DNA from: Ascidiella aspersa
Taxonomy: Eukaryota
Reading direction: 5' to 3'
NCBI GenBank assembly: GCA_963924565.1
Contig: OZ004609.1
Coordinates: forward strand, 11,160,001-11,224,000
Length of the DNA: 64,000 bases
Shown: piece after piece, positions 52,005 through 64,000 of the stretch
How positions within the stretch are numbered: position 1 is the stretch's first letter
How the letters are laid out: the number at the start of each line of letters is the position of its first letter
Made by a program: the position numbers and the translations under genes
The notes under the pieces: generated by a model
What the model saw: only the letters and a program-made list of their open reading frames with translations
Databases searched by the model: none
What the model was told of the DNA's origin: nothing

Positions 52005-52375
52005 TTCTGGCTTATTGGCTCGGGACTTTTCTTTTTGCTCAGACATTTTGGCTCTGGCTTATTGGCTCGGGACTTTTCTTTTTGCTCAGGCCATTTAGGC
52101 TCTGGCTCATTGGCTCGGGACTTTTATATTTTGGCTCAGGCCAATTAGGCTCCGGCTCATTGGCTCGGGACTCTTCATTTTTGCTCAGGCCATTTTGGCT
52201 CTGCCTTATTGGCTCGGGACTCTTTTTATTTGTGCTCAGGCCCATTTGGCTCTGGCTTATTGGCTCGGGACTCTTTTTAATTTTGCTCAGGCCCATTTGG
52301 CTCTAGCTTATTACCTCGGGACTCTTTTCATTTTTGCTCAGGCCATTATGGCTCTGGCTCATTGGCTCGGGACCC
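52005..52375. repeat. ~49-nt minisatellite, ~8 copies
   Basis: GGCTCTGGCTTATTGGCTCGGGACTCTTTTTATTTTTGCTCAGGCCATTT repeated. Also at 49918-50135 and 54082-54352. Confidence 0.93.
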
Positions 52376-53687
52376 ATTATGTTTGCTTGGCCATTACGAC
52401 CCCGAAATCATTGGCTCAGTACCTATTGTAATATCACCCTTCTGTCTGTGTGACCCGAATAACAAATAGAAATGGAAATATTGAAACAAATTGAAAGTAG
52501 TACGACACACCGCGATACAACGAAATCAGACTGAAAAATGTTACCATTTCAGGAAACATATGACACAAGAAAAATATTCAGAAAAAGTACAACATGTTTT
52601 CCAACAATTCAGACAAGTATGTGAGCCTTTGGTTAATTGTGTTTTAAGCACAGGCCGAAAATGCTCATAAGAAGTACAACATGTTTTCCAACGATACAGA
52701 CAAGTGTGTGAGCCTTCGGCTAATTGTGTTTTAAGCACAGGCCGAAAATGTTCATAAAAAGTACAACATGTTTTCGACAATACAGACAAGTGTGTGAGGG
52801 TGTGCCTTAGGCTAATTGTGTTTTAAGCACAGGCCATCTCTTACTTCGGCTCTGGCTTTTTGGTGTCCGGCCTTTTTTATTTTTGCACAGGTCCTCTCTC
52901 TCATTTCGGCTCTGGCTTTTTGTCTCCGGCCTTTTTAGTTTAGCACAGGCCCTCTCTCTCATTTCGGCTCTGGCGTTTTGTCTCCGGCCTTTTTTATTTT
53001 AGCACAGGCCCTCTCTCTTATTTCGGCTCTGGCTTTTTGTCTCCGGCCTTTTTGTTTTAGCACAGGCCCTCTCTTTCATTTCGGCTCTGGCTTTTTTGGT
53101 CTCCGGCCTTTTTTTTAGCTCAGCTCTTTTAATTTTTGCTGCGGCTCATAGTATTAGGCCTATTCTCATTTACCCTCAGATCCAGTGTTGTAAACAAATC
53201 GTAATGAATGTCCAGGTTTCAAATCAAGTCATATAAAAATAAAACAAAAAATCACCGTAAAAATGTTTACAATATAAAACTATGTGAAGCCAAACTACAA
53301 ATCAATGGTTATTTGAGTTATCCCATATATATAAAAATTGCAGGCCAACTATCAAAGTTATTTCAATTCAAGTAACAAGCCCATTTTAACCAAACGTTCG
53401 GCTAGAAAGCATTTTGACGTGAAATAAGCAATCAACTACTTTAACGAAAACAATTTTTAGGAAATACCAAAGTCCAAGTAAAGTCGATTTGAAACACAAA
53501 CAAGCCCAAAATCAAGTCATTAATCAGCGTTGAAGAAAACATTGCGGTTAAAAATATAATTGACCTATTTAAATAATTAAACGCAATAAATATTGATTAT
53601 ATTTTCGAGTGACAAACATCTTGAAACAAGCATTAAGGAAACAAAAAAATTTTCCTTTTGTTTTATCGCTTTTATCTTTACGGGATT

Positions 53688-53731
53688 TTTACACTGATGA
53701 TGGCATGAGTTATTGCTGAAATGTCTGTAAA
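53688..53731 (+). ncRNA. Minimal hammerhead ribozyme motif (tandem array unit 3)
   Basis: Same as the copy at 49514 except GAAATGTC (one C>T change in stem III). Confidence 0.7.
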
Positions 53732-56700
53732 TTGCGTAATATCGATTTAATCGAATATGATGACTTTGATATTTTTATTGAAATTATCAAAATAATTACA
53801 TGTAAAGATGAGGTAATTATTAACCATTTCAACAAATATATTTCAAGTACATTTAGGTTCATGTCAAGTCGTTCTTTTTGAAGTTTCAAGTCTAAAAATC
53901 GAGTAAACCAAATCAATATTTGCTATATTAAAGCTAAATGTTTCGATCAAGTACTGTTTATTTTAAAAAACACTGACTTTAGTCAAGAAATTTTCTTTTG
54001 TATTTACAACACTGGACAAGCGGTCATTTGCCAATTGCTCGGGGTATTTGGCACGCGACTTTTTTTGCTCAGAACATCATAGTTCTGGCTTATTGGCTCG
54101 GGACTTTTCTTTATGCTCAGGCCATTTAGGCTCTGGCTCATTGGCTCGGGAATTTCATATTTTGGCTCAGGCCATATAGGCTCTGGCTCATAGGCTCGGG
54201 ACTCTTCATTTTAGCTCAGGCCATTTTGGCTCTGGCTTATTGGCTCGGGACTCTTTTTATTTTTGCTCAGGCCATTTTGGCTCTGGCTTATTACCTCGGG
54301 ACTCTTCATTTTTGCTCAGGCCATTTTGGCTCTGGCTTATTGGCTCGGGACCCATTATGTTTGCTTGGCCATTGCGACCCCAAAATCATTGGCTCAGATC
54401 CTATTGTAATATCACCCTCCTGCCTGTGTGACCCGAATAACAAATAGAAATGGAAATATTGAAACAAATTGAAAGTAGTACGACATACCGCGATACAACG
54501 AAATCAGACTGAAAAATGTTACCATTTCAGGAAAAATATGACACAAGAAAAATGTTCAGACATGTTTTCCAACAATACAGACAAGTGTGTGAGCCTTTGG
54601 CTAATTAAGTTTTAAGCACAGGCCGAAAATGTTCATAAAAAGTACAACACGTTTTCCAACAATACAGAAAAATGTTTAAGCGTCTTTTTTCCGAACATCA
54701 TAGCTCTGGCTTATTGGCTCGGAACTTTTCTTTTTGCTTAATCCATTTAGGGTCTGGTTCAATGGTTCAGGACTTTTATATTTTTGCTCAGGCAATTATG
54801 GCTCTGTCTCATTGGCTCGGGACCCGTGTTTGCTTGGTCATTACGATCCCGAAATCATTGACTCAGGACCTATAGTGTAATATCACCCTTCTGTCTGGTT
54901 GACCCGAATGACAAATAAAATGGAAATATTTTATCAAACTGAAAGTATTACGACACATCGTAATACAACAAAACCAAACTCCAAAATGTAAAACCATTTA
55001 AGAAAACAGGACAGAAGAATAATTTCAGAAAAAATAGAACATGTTTTATATTGGTAACTTTGTGCTACCGTTTTTTTATGTATGGCAGGCCCTCCCAATC
55101 TTTGGCTCTGGCTTTTCATATGTTATCTCCTTACAAAAGTATTTTGAATAATATTTGTAATTTAAGTATGTCGTCCTGTATAAAGACAAGATATCTTGTA
55201 ATTTATTTAGAAACGTTTCACGATTTATAATGAAATCAAAAACATGGAATTGTGCTATATAAAATTTACCTGATTCCTAGGAAATTTGGGTAAAAATAAT
55301 TTTCGATTTACTTGTGATACCTAAAAAGTAAATGAAGAACTTTTTGGTTGTGGGTGTATATTTAATTTACAACAGTATTTCGGACGAAAACACCTTGCTG
55401 CATGCTGCATTAAGTGAATTAACTGGCTTTAGAAAACATTTTGTATAGTACTGCATATATATATAATCATCCATGGATTGTTCATAGTAGCAAAATTTAA
55501 CCATACACCTAAACCAAACGTTTTGTCCTACTTTGATTTGTTTTTTCCACAAAAGAAGGAAATATGTAGAAGGTTTAGTTATTTAGCTTAGCCTTAGGCA
55601 GTATAAACTGTTTCAGTACTTCGACAACAAATTGTGTTACAATATAAATCCAACAAAAAATAGGCATTGCAAATTATAAAGCACTTTTAAACTCCGCTCG
55701 CCTTATGCAACTACATTTTCAGAAGAACGCGAGACTTCAATAGGAAATAGTCATAATTACGGATAAATTAATTGTCAATATAACAAATATCTTGAAATAA
55801 TGGTTCTTAAAATTTTAGTATGTGTAGAAAGAAAAGAAAAAAAATAGCACTTCGGTACATGCCATTCCATTTCAATCATCATAACAATCACCCCTACTGC
55901 AAGACGAGACAATATATAGGTAAATGTCATAGGATAGTACTGTAAGTTATCTAAACAGGAGTTTAATTGACAGTGTGCAGTTAAGCTTCGTATGCGAGCC
56001 TGCATGTTTTTTATATGAATGTATATTGTCTGAAATTACAATAGTTCTGCGAAACACCTTAAGAATTTCTGGAGGTACACAGTTTGAGAAATACGGATTT
56101 AGATAAAGGTAAAGGGCTTTATGTAAGGGCGTATCCAGAAATCCAAAGAGGGTCCCGAATTTTTAACTTAGGGAATTCACTGTTTTCCGTCTGACGTTAA
56201 TGGCGTCATAAAAAGTGACAGGTATGACGTAATAAAATAGCGATTGTAATGACGAACACGTTCGTCGTCGACACTCTTCACAGGCGCTAGTTGCGAAATC
56301 GCTTAGTGTGCAAATTTCAGGCGAAAAATGAAAACAAGTTCGCGAAATTTATGTGATTGACTTTGCTAGAACCATGTACGGGACTACGCTAAATTACAAG
56401 CACGTCTTTCACACCTGCAATTCTAAACGAAGATTGTTTTCCAGGGTGTTATGCGATTAGCGCAACATCTTCGCCAAGCTGTGAGCCAAGTTAGCTGAAA
56501 TACAAGCACGTCTTACACCAACAATATTAGCGCGGACAGCGAGAAACACCAGCACCGCCTAACTCGACGTTTTGAGCGAGAAAGAAATCGAAGACCGCTT
56601 GATTTATTGCTGTTAATTGTCGAACACGCGCTTGCAGCCAACCCGAATGAATGAAAGGCGAAAAAGAAAAAATATCCTGCGTTTTCGATTGACCAAATAA

Positions 56701-59079
56701 GAAAAGAAAAACAGCGTTTGCATTTCATTTTGGTTTCGCATTAGCTTAAGACGCGTGACCCAATAACATTAAAAACATTGCCGCTTCCGACGATGAGTTA
56801 AACCTCGACGAAAACGAACAAAAAACGATAATATCACCTACCAAAAGGAGGATCCGAAAAAAATGACAAAAAAAAATTAGTTTCAAATTTATATTACATA
56901 AAAGCGTTAAACACATGTTGTGCAATTACTTTTTTGAGCTTAAAACTGGAATCGAGACCTTCTGGTAACAAGCAAATTGCCTCAAATTCTTCGGGTTTCT
57001 TAGTTTTGTCTCTAATTTAAATACTATGTTCGCCTAATGAATGTATAAACTGCGGCATGTTCAAGCGATAACAAAGGCAAGGAAAAACACGGTTAACCAA
57101 GAGTTGCGATAAGGGTGCAAATTTTTTTTTGACATTTGGCATCACCGCAGGGCGATGCCAGAGTATTATATGTGGCTACACTTGTCTCCCTTTCTTATTC
57201 TATTTCGGAAAACTTTTTCAATAGATAAGCTGTTTTTAAGCGAACTCATGTGCAAACATGCAGATCAAAACCCGTTTAAATTCGCGAAGCATGAAAAAAT
57301 TCATGTATTTGGTTAAATTGGTAGGAATTTTAAAGTGGCATTTAGCCGCATAACAGATTCGTATAATTGCTCGATATAATGGTATTCATAGTCCAATTTA
57401 GTGGAAATCGAACATACTTTTGCTGCCAAGCGTTCCATAAATTGTAAAATTGAAACAAAAATTATTGTCGTAAGAACAATTTTACATTTAATAAAAAGGT
57501 TTGCCAAGGTTCTGAGTCGCACAGTCAAACATACCATATTATGCATCGACCTTTTATGCTATTAAGATTTGATTAACAGAGAGACAGGAACGAAGCAAAT
57601 CCCAAACAAAGTTTTCCTAGGCGCGAACTTTTTTTTAGAATGTTAGAACAAAATTAATGCCCGCCAACTGTAGGGTTGGATGTAGGGGGTTGAAAGAATA
57701 AATTAGATTAAGTGTGTGTGGAAATAACTAATTTTTTGGTAAAATGAGTTTTCGAAAAATTGCATTCATTTTTTTGGAACCAATTTCTTGGTTTTATGGT
57801 TGATTGTTCGGCCGGCATAGTCGCCAGCATTCAGCTATACTGCTGTCCTCTATAATAAGAAAGGAAGAGCCGATTATACGAAGGTTTACGAGTTTGCAAA
57901 GTCTGTCTACTAACGAAACCTTTACAAAAGTCAGCTCTTTAAAATTTGACGAATGAAACAATTAGTTAACGTGGTGGCGTGATATTTACGCAAACTTCGC
58001 ACAGCTCTATTTTACCGTAAAACTTCTTTGCAACAATGGTGGTCACCGGATAGTGTCTCATCGAAGAAGATATAAGAATCAAATCAAAATGGGAAGCGTA
58101 TCCAATTCCGCCATTTATATCGGTTAATTGAAAGTGATAGCGTATAAGTGTACTGTACATACACGAGTGGGAAGTTCTAGATAAAGGCTTGTCGCTGCGG
58201 CGACACTTTTACGGTGCTTGCTTTGAATGTATAGTTAGCCTTTTAGTGTAGTGTCAGCGTTTTTTCGGGCGACCAATTACGTTTCGCGATAATCTTCGCC
58301 TAATAGTTAAGCGTCAATATAATTAGGTGTCTCGAAAAGCTAAATAGTTCTACCAATAATATATTTATGCACCTGTCAGGAACGACCACAGCATTTTTTA
58401 CGAAACACTCCAGATATTTGACATCTCAAACTTTGAAACTTTTTGAAGGTATACAGATGTAATTCAGACAAAAAGCAGCACATGTGCATGTTGTGTCGGA
58501 TCAAATTGGGTTGATCCGATTTAATCGACAGCTGATTTTTAAACTGATTTGTGCCCCGAGTCGAGTTTTAATGGCCCATTGATACAAACAAACAAACAAT
58601 TTGTGCAGTTACGGGATCATGCAATGCCTAGCCCTAGAGGGATTACAAACAATGTTCTTCCGAAAAAGTCGAAGAGCTAGAATATTTTTTGACAGTCGAT
58701 CAATGTTTGGCAACTGGTTTAAATTTTTCCCTGCAGTCACGAAAAGTACTTAAATGGCCAATAGACACTTGGGTTAACATCCATACCAGTAAACAATTGG
58801 GTATTGATTTTGTTACAAGTATAGGTTTGAACTGTTCAGCATTATCGTTTAGATGTAGTGCTACAATCGTCAATGCTCCACAGTTGACACATACGTTAAC
58901 AACCCTTAAACATACCACGCAGAGCTAATGTAGTTACAACAAGATTATATTTATGTACCTGTCAGGAACTATCTTCGCGTAACATTACTGCAATTCGAAC
59001 ATCGTGTGTCGCACTTGTTCCACATCTACATGAAATACATTTCACTGACGAATTTATCATGTTTCCGGTTATTATAAAC

Positions 59080-59700
59080 CAGGGGTCGGCAACCTTTTTC
59101 CAATCGCGGGCCAAACCAAACTTAAAAAGGTCTCTGCGGGCCGCACAAAATGATAACTAAGAATTGTGTTATTAACATATTAGAACAACTGTGAATCAGG
59201 CGGGCCTGGGATATTTTTTGCACTTAAAAACGTGATTAATTACATTTGCAGAGGCAGTAAATTGTTGACGCAAAGCGAATGAAAAGTGTAATAAAACTAC
59301 TTTGAGGGAACGCGATAACATTTAAAGTTAATCTAGCTCAGTGTTTGTTAACTGTTTAAAGTCAAGACGCACCTGGCGAGCGTAGCGAGCGCGATTTTTA
59401 TTTTGGTATACCGGTATTTCTTCTAAATTTAAGTTTTTATTACAATGCCGAAAGTAAAAAAACGTCTACCACGGCGCAACGGTAAAGAATTGCTGATCTA
59501 TAGCTGAAAAGGCAGCATCAAAACGTAAACAAACCGGAGGTATAATGAACATTCGCGCGAAGCGCGAAAATTTTTCGCAGTTAAAATAGTCAAAAAGTAT
59601 TTAAAATAGACTCGTGTCTAATTTGTCAAAGAGACGGCGGGCCGGATGAATTACTTCGGCGGGCCGATCCGGCCCGCGGGCCGTAGGTTGCCGACCCCTG
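59080..59700. mobile_element. Young hAT-type MITE
   Basis: Perfect TIR CAGGGGTCGGCAACCT / AGGTTGCCGACCCCTG; perfect TSD TTATAAAC. Confidence 0.92.
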
Positions 59701-61024
59701 TTATAAACGCTTGTTATAAAAATCAGACATAAACTTTTATGCGAAAAGGTGTATTTTTAAACGATATAGTAATAAGACATGTGGGAAACATCCATAGCAG
59801 TAAACAATTGTTTTTGTTACAAGTATACATGCATTGTTCAGCATTATCTGTGAGATATAGTTCGCCAATCGTTCAATACGCCACTGTTGACCCATACGTC
59901 ATATGTTAGATTTGTAGATATCACGCAGAGCTAAATATTATACCACGATTATATTTACGTTACGTACCTGTCAGGGACGACCAGAGCATGTGGTTTGGGT
60001 TGAACGTCAGAATACAACCAACGTGGTGTAACATTGCTGCAATTCGAACATCGTGTGTTGCACATGTCCCACATCTACATGAAATACATTTTAGTAAAGA
60101 ATTTTAGCAAATTTCCTGTTATAATAAACGCTTGTATGAAAAAAAGCAGACATAAAGCTTGTAGTAAATAGGTATAGTTTTAAACGGCATAATCCCGCAA
60201 AACAAAAAAATTCAACCATAAGCTGAAAAAAAAACATGATAAGGAATTTCAATACCACCGCTATTCTAATTTTTGCAACCTTTATTTTTGAGAGTGAACT
60301 ACCAAAAGTAGATAAGGCGCTGTTTATCTGAAAATATGCTTTCAAATCGTATACGAAAAAAGTGACTTAAAACAATTAGCATTTACTAACATCAATAAAG
60401 AAATGTAACATGTATATTTCTATATATATTAAGTTGGCAATATGTAAGGCCCTGCGGGTCGGATCAGTTTGTAAACAGCTTTCGGGGCTTTTTTGATTTG
60501 TGTGCACCCAATGCGTCAACTCCTCCTTGTAAATTAAAATGTTTGCAAGTTTAAACCAAACAAACGCTATTTATCGCGTATACTTGGGTATTGCTTTTGT
60601 TAGTAGGAAGTGTTGCCGCATTTTGTTGCGAATTTGCGCAAATTTTTGAGACCTGGGCAGTTTTTTCACGAAAGTGTGGAGGCAAAAAAATATATAAAGT
60701 TGTTTTTTTAGTAAAATTCGTCTCCAGTCCTCTTCTGAAACCTATATAATCGCTATTTTGCAAGAATTATTAAATATAATACCTTAACTCAAGTACTACA
60801 TTTTTTATTTTACTGAATGAACTGACAGCAGTTTAAACATACAATTGTTTTTACATTTTACACCAAAGTGGAAACGGAGAATAACCATACGCTAGAAACC
60901 CACAAAATATCATTGTATAATCTTCGGAGTTGTTGCGAAAAATAACTGAAGCTAAAAATACAAAGCACCAATGTCCGGTTTAATTTTCCAAATACTATTA
61001 AAATCCCTTTGCTATCTGTTAGCT

Positions 61025-61707
61025 CAGGGTGGTTCAAACCCAGGCCCGCGGGCCATTATTGTAATACATAAGTTGAGGGTTTAATCAAAGAAATTAACAG
61101 GTTTACTATCGCCCATCATGTTTTAATCCAGGGGTGGTAAGAACGCTTAATCTTGGTATGTGTTAGACCGGTTAGAGGTCGCAGTACGTCGTATATGGAA
61201 CTTTATAAAAAGGGTGTTTTGCCAACTTGTAGCTGTAGGTTACATTTGCGTTTTGTTTTACGTCTTGGACCAGTAAACATAACATAAAAAGTACGACCCT
61301 ATATAATTTTTTTTGCCACTTTAAGGTAAATGAACGATGAAATAGATAGCGCTTGGGGAAAGTATTGTTTTACAGGATTTTAGTGTGACTAAAGGTTAAC
61401 GCCCTGGACCTTTCCATTGTGCGATTCTAGCCAAATAAATCTAGTTAAAAAACATTCTACGCTTATAAATGCAGTATTCTGTTGTCAAATACGCTATTTT
61501 TTCACCATTTTGCCAGCAGTCTCATTATCGCATTACTTTTTAACGATGCTTTTTTTGGTTATCTTTAAACGTTTCATGCCCCGACCTTACGAAAATCGTT
61601 GATCGCTCCTAGCACGCATGTCGCATATATAGCCTACTTTATGTGGCCCACCAAGTATATCAAAAAAATATTGTGGCCCGCGATGCTGTCAACCTTGGAC
61701 CACCCTG
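61025..61707. mobile_element. hAT-type MITE
   Basis: CAGGGTGGTTCAA / TTGGACCACCCTG ends, GGCCCGCG subterminal motifs, decayed TSD TGTTAGCT/TATTAGAT. Confidence 0.72.
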
Positions 61708-63591
61708 TATTAGATTGCAATGGAGTACAATTTTCAGGACTTTGTGAGTGTGTGCGTGTTATATTCAAACAAATATAAATCGTTTTTATTGCATATGCGT
61801 CCCCAAATTGGCGCATAAAAAGACAGAAAAGTTTTTATGTATAATGAGACGCGGGTTGGACCCGGTTGCTGGTTTTTGGTCAGTTGTAAACAGGTTGCGG
61901 GCAGTTTATTTCAGTGTGGCACAGGCGTAAAACGCCAGAAATCTGACATCTTATCCTTGTAAAAAAATATATTGAAGGCATACAGATGTAATTCAGAAAA
62001 GATGCAGCAATACAAATCAAGCATGCATTTAAAAAAAACTGCGAGAGCTGATTTTTGCAAGGACTGAAATCGTTTCGTTTTATTTATGTCAGACCTAACT
62101 TGGTTTTCGCCGAATTAATCGACGGCTGACTTTTTAAACTGATTTCCTGCCCCGAATCGAGTTTTATGGCCCATTGATTCAAACAATTTGTGCACTTACT
62201 CTTACTTGATCACGCAATGCCCTGCGCTATAACCAAAAATGTTCTCCCGAAAAAGTCGAAGAGTGACAAAGTTTTTTGACAGTCGATCAGTGCTTGGCAA
62301 CCGTTTTAACTCGCTGCGGACCTATAAGGTTTGAAAATTTTTAGCACAGGCACGAAAAAAATAATAAAATGGACAATAGATACGTGGATAAACAATTAAA
62401 CATCCATAGCAGTAAATAAAAGGGTACTTTGTTACAAGTTGGCATGCATTTTCCAGTATTTATTCTGTATTAGACATAGTGCTCCAATCGTTCAACGCGC
62501 CACGAGTGACACATGTACATCACATGTTAGCAACCCTAGAGTATACCACGCAAGAGCCAAATAGTTATATCAAGGAAAGACCAGAACATGCGGTTTAGGT
62601 TGAAGGTTAGACTACAGCCAACGTCGCATAACATTGCTGCAATTGGAACATCGTGTGCCGTACTTGTTCCATATCTGCATAAAATACGTTTTATTAAATA
62701 TTTTTTTTTAGTGTCTCCGGTTGTTATAAAATAAACGCTTATGAGAAAAAAAACATACACAAGGCTTTTATGCAAAAAAGGTGTATTTTTAGACGGTATA
62801 GTTTTGTAAAACAAAACTCGTGTTACGCAGAACAAGAAAAAAATCGATTAGGTTTAAAAAAAAAACATTAAAAGAAGGTTTTGAATACAGCCGCTATTCT
62901 AATTTTTGCTCGTGTTGCAACACGCAATACCATGTTTTATGAGAATGAAATAACAATATTACATAATGACGCAGGAATTATTTTATCGTTTGTGTGTGCG
63001 TTATTTTTTCTATATTTAAGCGTTTGTACTTCTGTTGTTATTTTTAATCTTCCTTTTTTATTTAGTAACCATCGCTTTTCCACTTTAGCACCTCGCCTTC
63101 ACGTTTATACTTCTTATCTCGTTTTCCGTACTCTTATCTCGTTTTGGCACCTATTAGTTACTTTAGGAACTGACACCATTTTGTGGTTATTTGTGGAACC
63201 AGGGCGAAAAATAAGGAGTCAAGTTACGGGGAAGCCAGAACAAGATGCGAGACTATTGCAATTTACGTTTTTGTCATTTTTTAGGGCTAGGCCGATTTTA
63301 TTAATTTCGTCTTATGTTGGTTTATTTACTTTGCGTCTATATTAATTCAGTTCAAAGGCACTTCATGTAGCGCTTGGCATCCGACAGGCCGTTACGTAGG
63401 GTTCCTGTAAATAATGGCGCTGTTTGACTTAAACAATTCGCATTTTCTAATTTATAACGGTTGATCGGTGCCAGAGTTAATCTATACCACTGCTTTGCAA
63501 CCGTTTTTTACCCACGGCTTACAAGGTTTTCCCTTTGTCCAGCAAAACCCCGAAAAAAGTACCTCAATCGCCAATAGAAACGCGGGTAAAC

Positions 63592-63858
63592 ATATCGTCA
63601 CGCTTATAACCAAATTGCCTAAGTCATTTTTTTATGATTTTTAGAGTTTTTGCCTAAGTCACTCCTTGTGGCCATTCCCCACCCATAGACCCCACCCATA
63701 GAAAAAAAGTCATTTTTTGCAAAAACGCATGGAAAATTACCTAAAAAAGGCCTAAGCACATTTTCTATGGAAGGGGATGGTAACAAGGAGAGTCTGAATC
63801 AAAACTTTAAAAATCAGTAAAAATGACTGAGGCAATTTGGTTATGAGCGTGACGATAT
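63592..63858. mobile_element. MITE with ~40-bp TIRs
   Basis: ATATCGTCACGCTTATAACCAAATTGCCTAAGTCATTTTT is inverted at 63819-63858. Confidence 0.8.
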
Positions 63859-64000
63859 ATACCAGTAAACAATTGATTTTATTATTTTGGATAGAAGTTG
63901 GCATGCAGTTTTCAAAATTGTGTCTTATATTCAGTGCGCCGATCGTTTAACGTCCCACTGTTGACACATACGTTAGCTACCCTTTTCAGTTATACCAAGA

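Larger units (their letters stand above)
48825..55118. repeat. Higher-order tandem array: three ~1.9-2.3 kb units plus a diverged partial fourth
   Basis: Each unit consists of ~58-nt minisatellite A, a CAGTGTTGTA...(T)ACAACACTG MITE (48997-49850, 51281-51936, 53183-54014), ~49-nt minisatellite B, a unique spacer and ~87-nt repeat C. Unit periods are 2284 and 1902 bp. Confidence 0.92.
58360..64000. repeat. Diverged local segmental duplications (3-4 partial copies of a ~0.5-1 kb unit)
   Basis: Collinear shared blocks: TACAGATGTAATTCAGA (58450, 61981), CGAAAAAGTCGAAGAG (58661, 62248), CATCCATA.CAGTAAA (58778, 59789, 62401, partial at 63860) and AACATT.CTGCAATT.GAACATCGTGTG (58981, 60030, 62630). 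Confidence 0.85.

Noticed and set aside
50583-52375. Regularly spaced repeats superficially like a CRISPR array
   Set aside because: No unique spacers, eukaryotic context and no cas genes.
49884-54875. Multiple ORFs of 60-115 aa with repetitive LWLIGSG / FSTGPLSHFGSG peptides
   Set aside because: They are translations of minisatellites; frames shift with repeat-length variation and there is no gene structure.
57313-57546. 77-aa minus-strand ORF (…MERLAAKVCSISTKLDYEYHYIEQLYES…)
   Set aside because: No recognisable family, no clear splice context, and a length compatible with chance.
62881-63345. 154-aa hydrophobic ORF
   Set aside because: TTG start and a T-rich low-complexity composition explain the hydrophobicity; no homology recognised.

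Overview
AT-rich, intron-containing animal genomic DNA. The compact genes, dense MITE content and mosaic CpG depletion look like an ascidian/tunicate, but the species cannot be determined. Four protein-coding genes can be reconstructed exon by exon: the 3' end of proteasome alpha-1 (PSMA1, +), a complete V-ATPase V1 subunit C (ATP6V1C, -), a complete large EF-hand/coiled-coil/Rab GTPase (CRACR2A/Rab46-like, -) and a complete YTHDF-type m6A reader (+). Everything after about 43.6 kb is repeat-rich and has no recognisable gene. Highlights: (i) a 5'-truncated Penelope-like retroelement with a hammerhead ribozyme, an inverted 41-bp terminal copy and a 16-bp flanking direct repeat; (ii) a ~2-kb higher-order tandem array (48.8-55.1 kb) built from three related minisatellites plus a MITE carrying a minimal hammerhead ribozyme in two of three units; (iii) a 2.3-kb Sola2-like element with ~800-bp inverted arms in the last YTHDF intron; (iv) palindromic GG...CC MITEs with 8-bp TSDs that share one internal core and sit upstream of the ATP6V1C and YTHDF start codons; (v) many hAT MITEs, some nested, with a clear nnnTAnnn target signature. 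All coordinates and alignments were read by eye.
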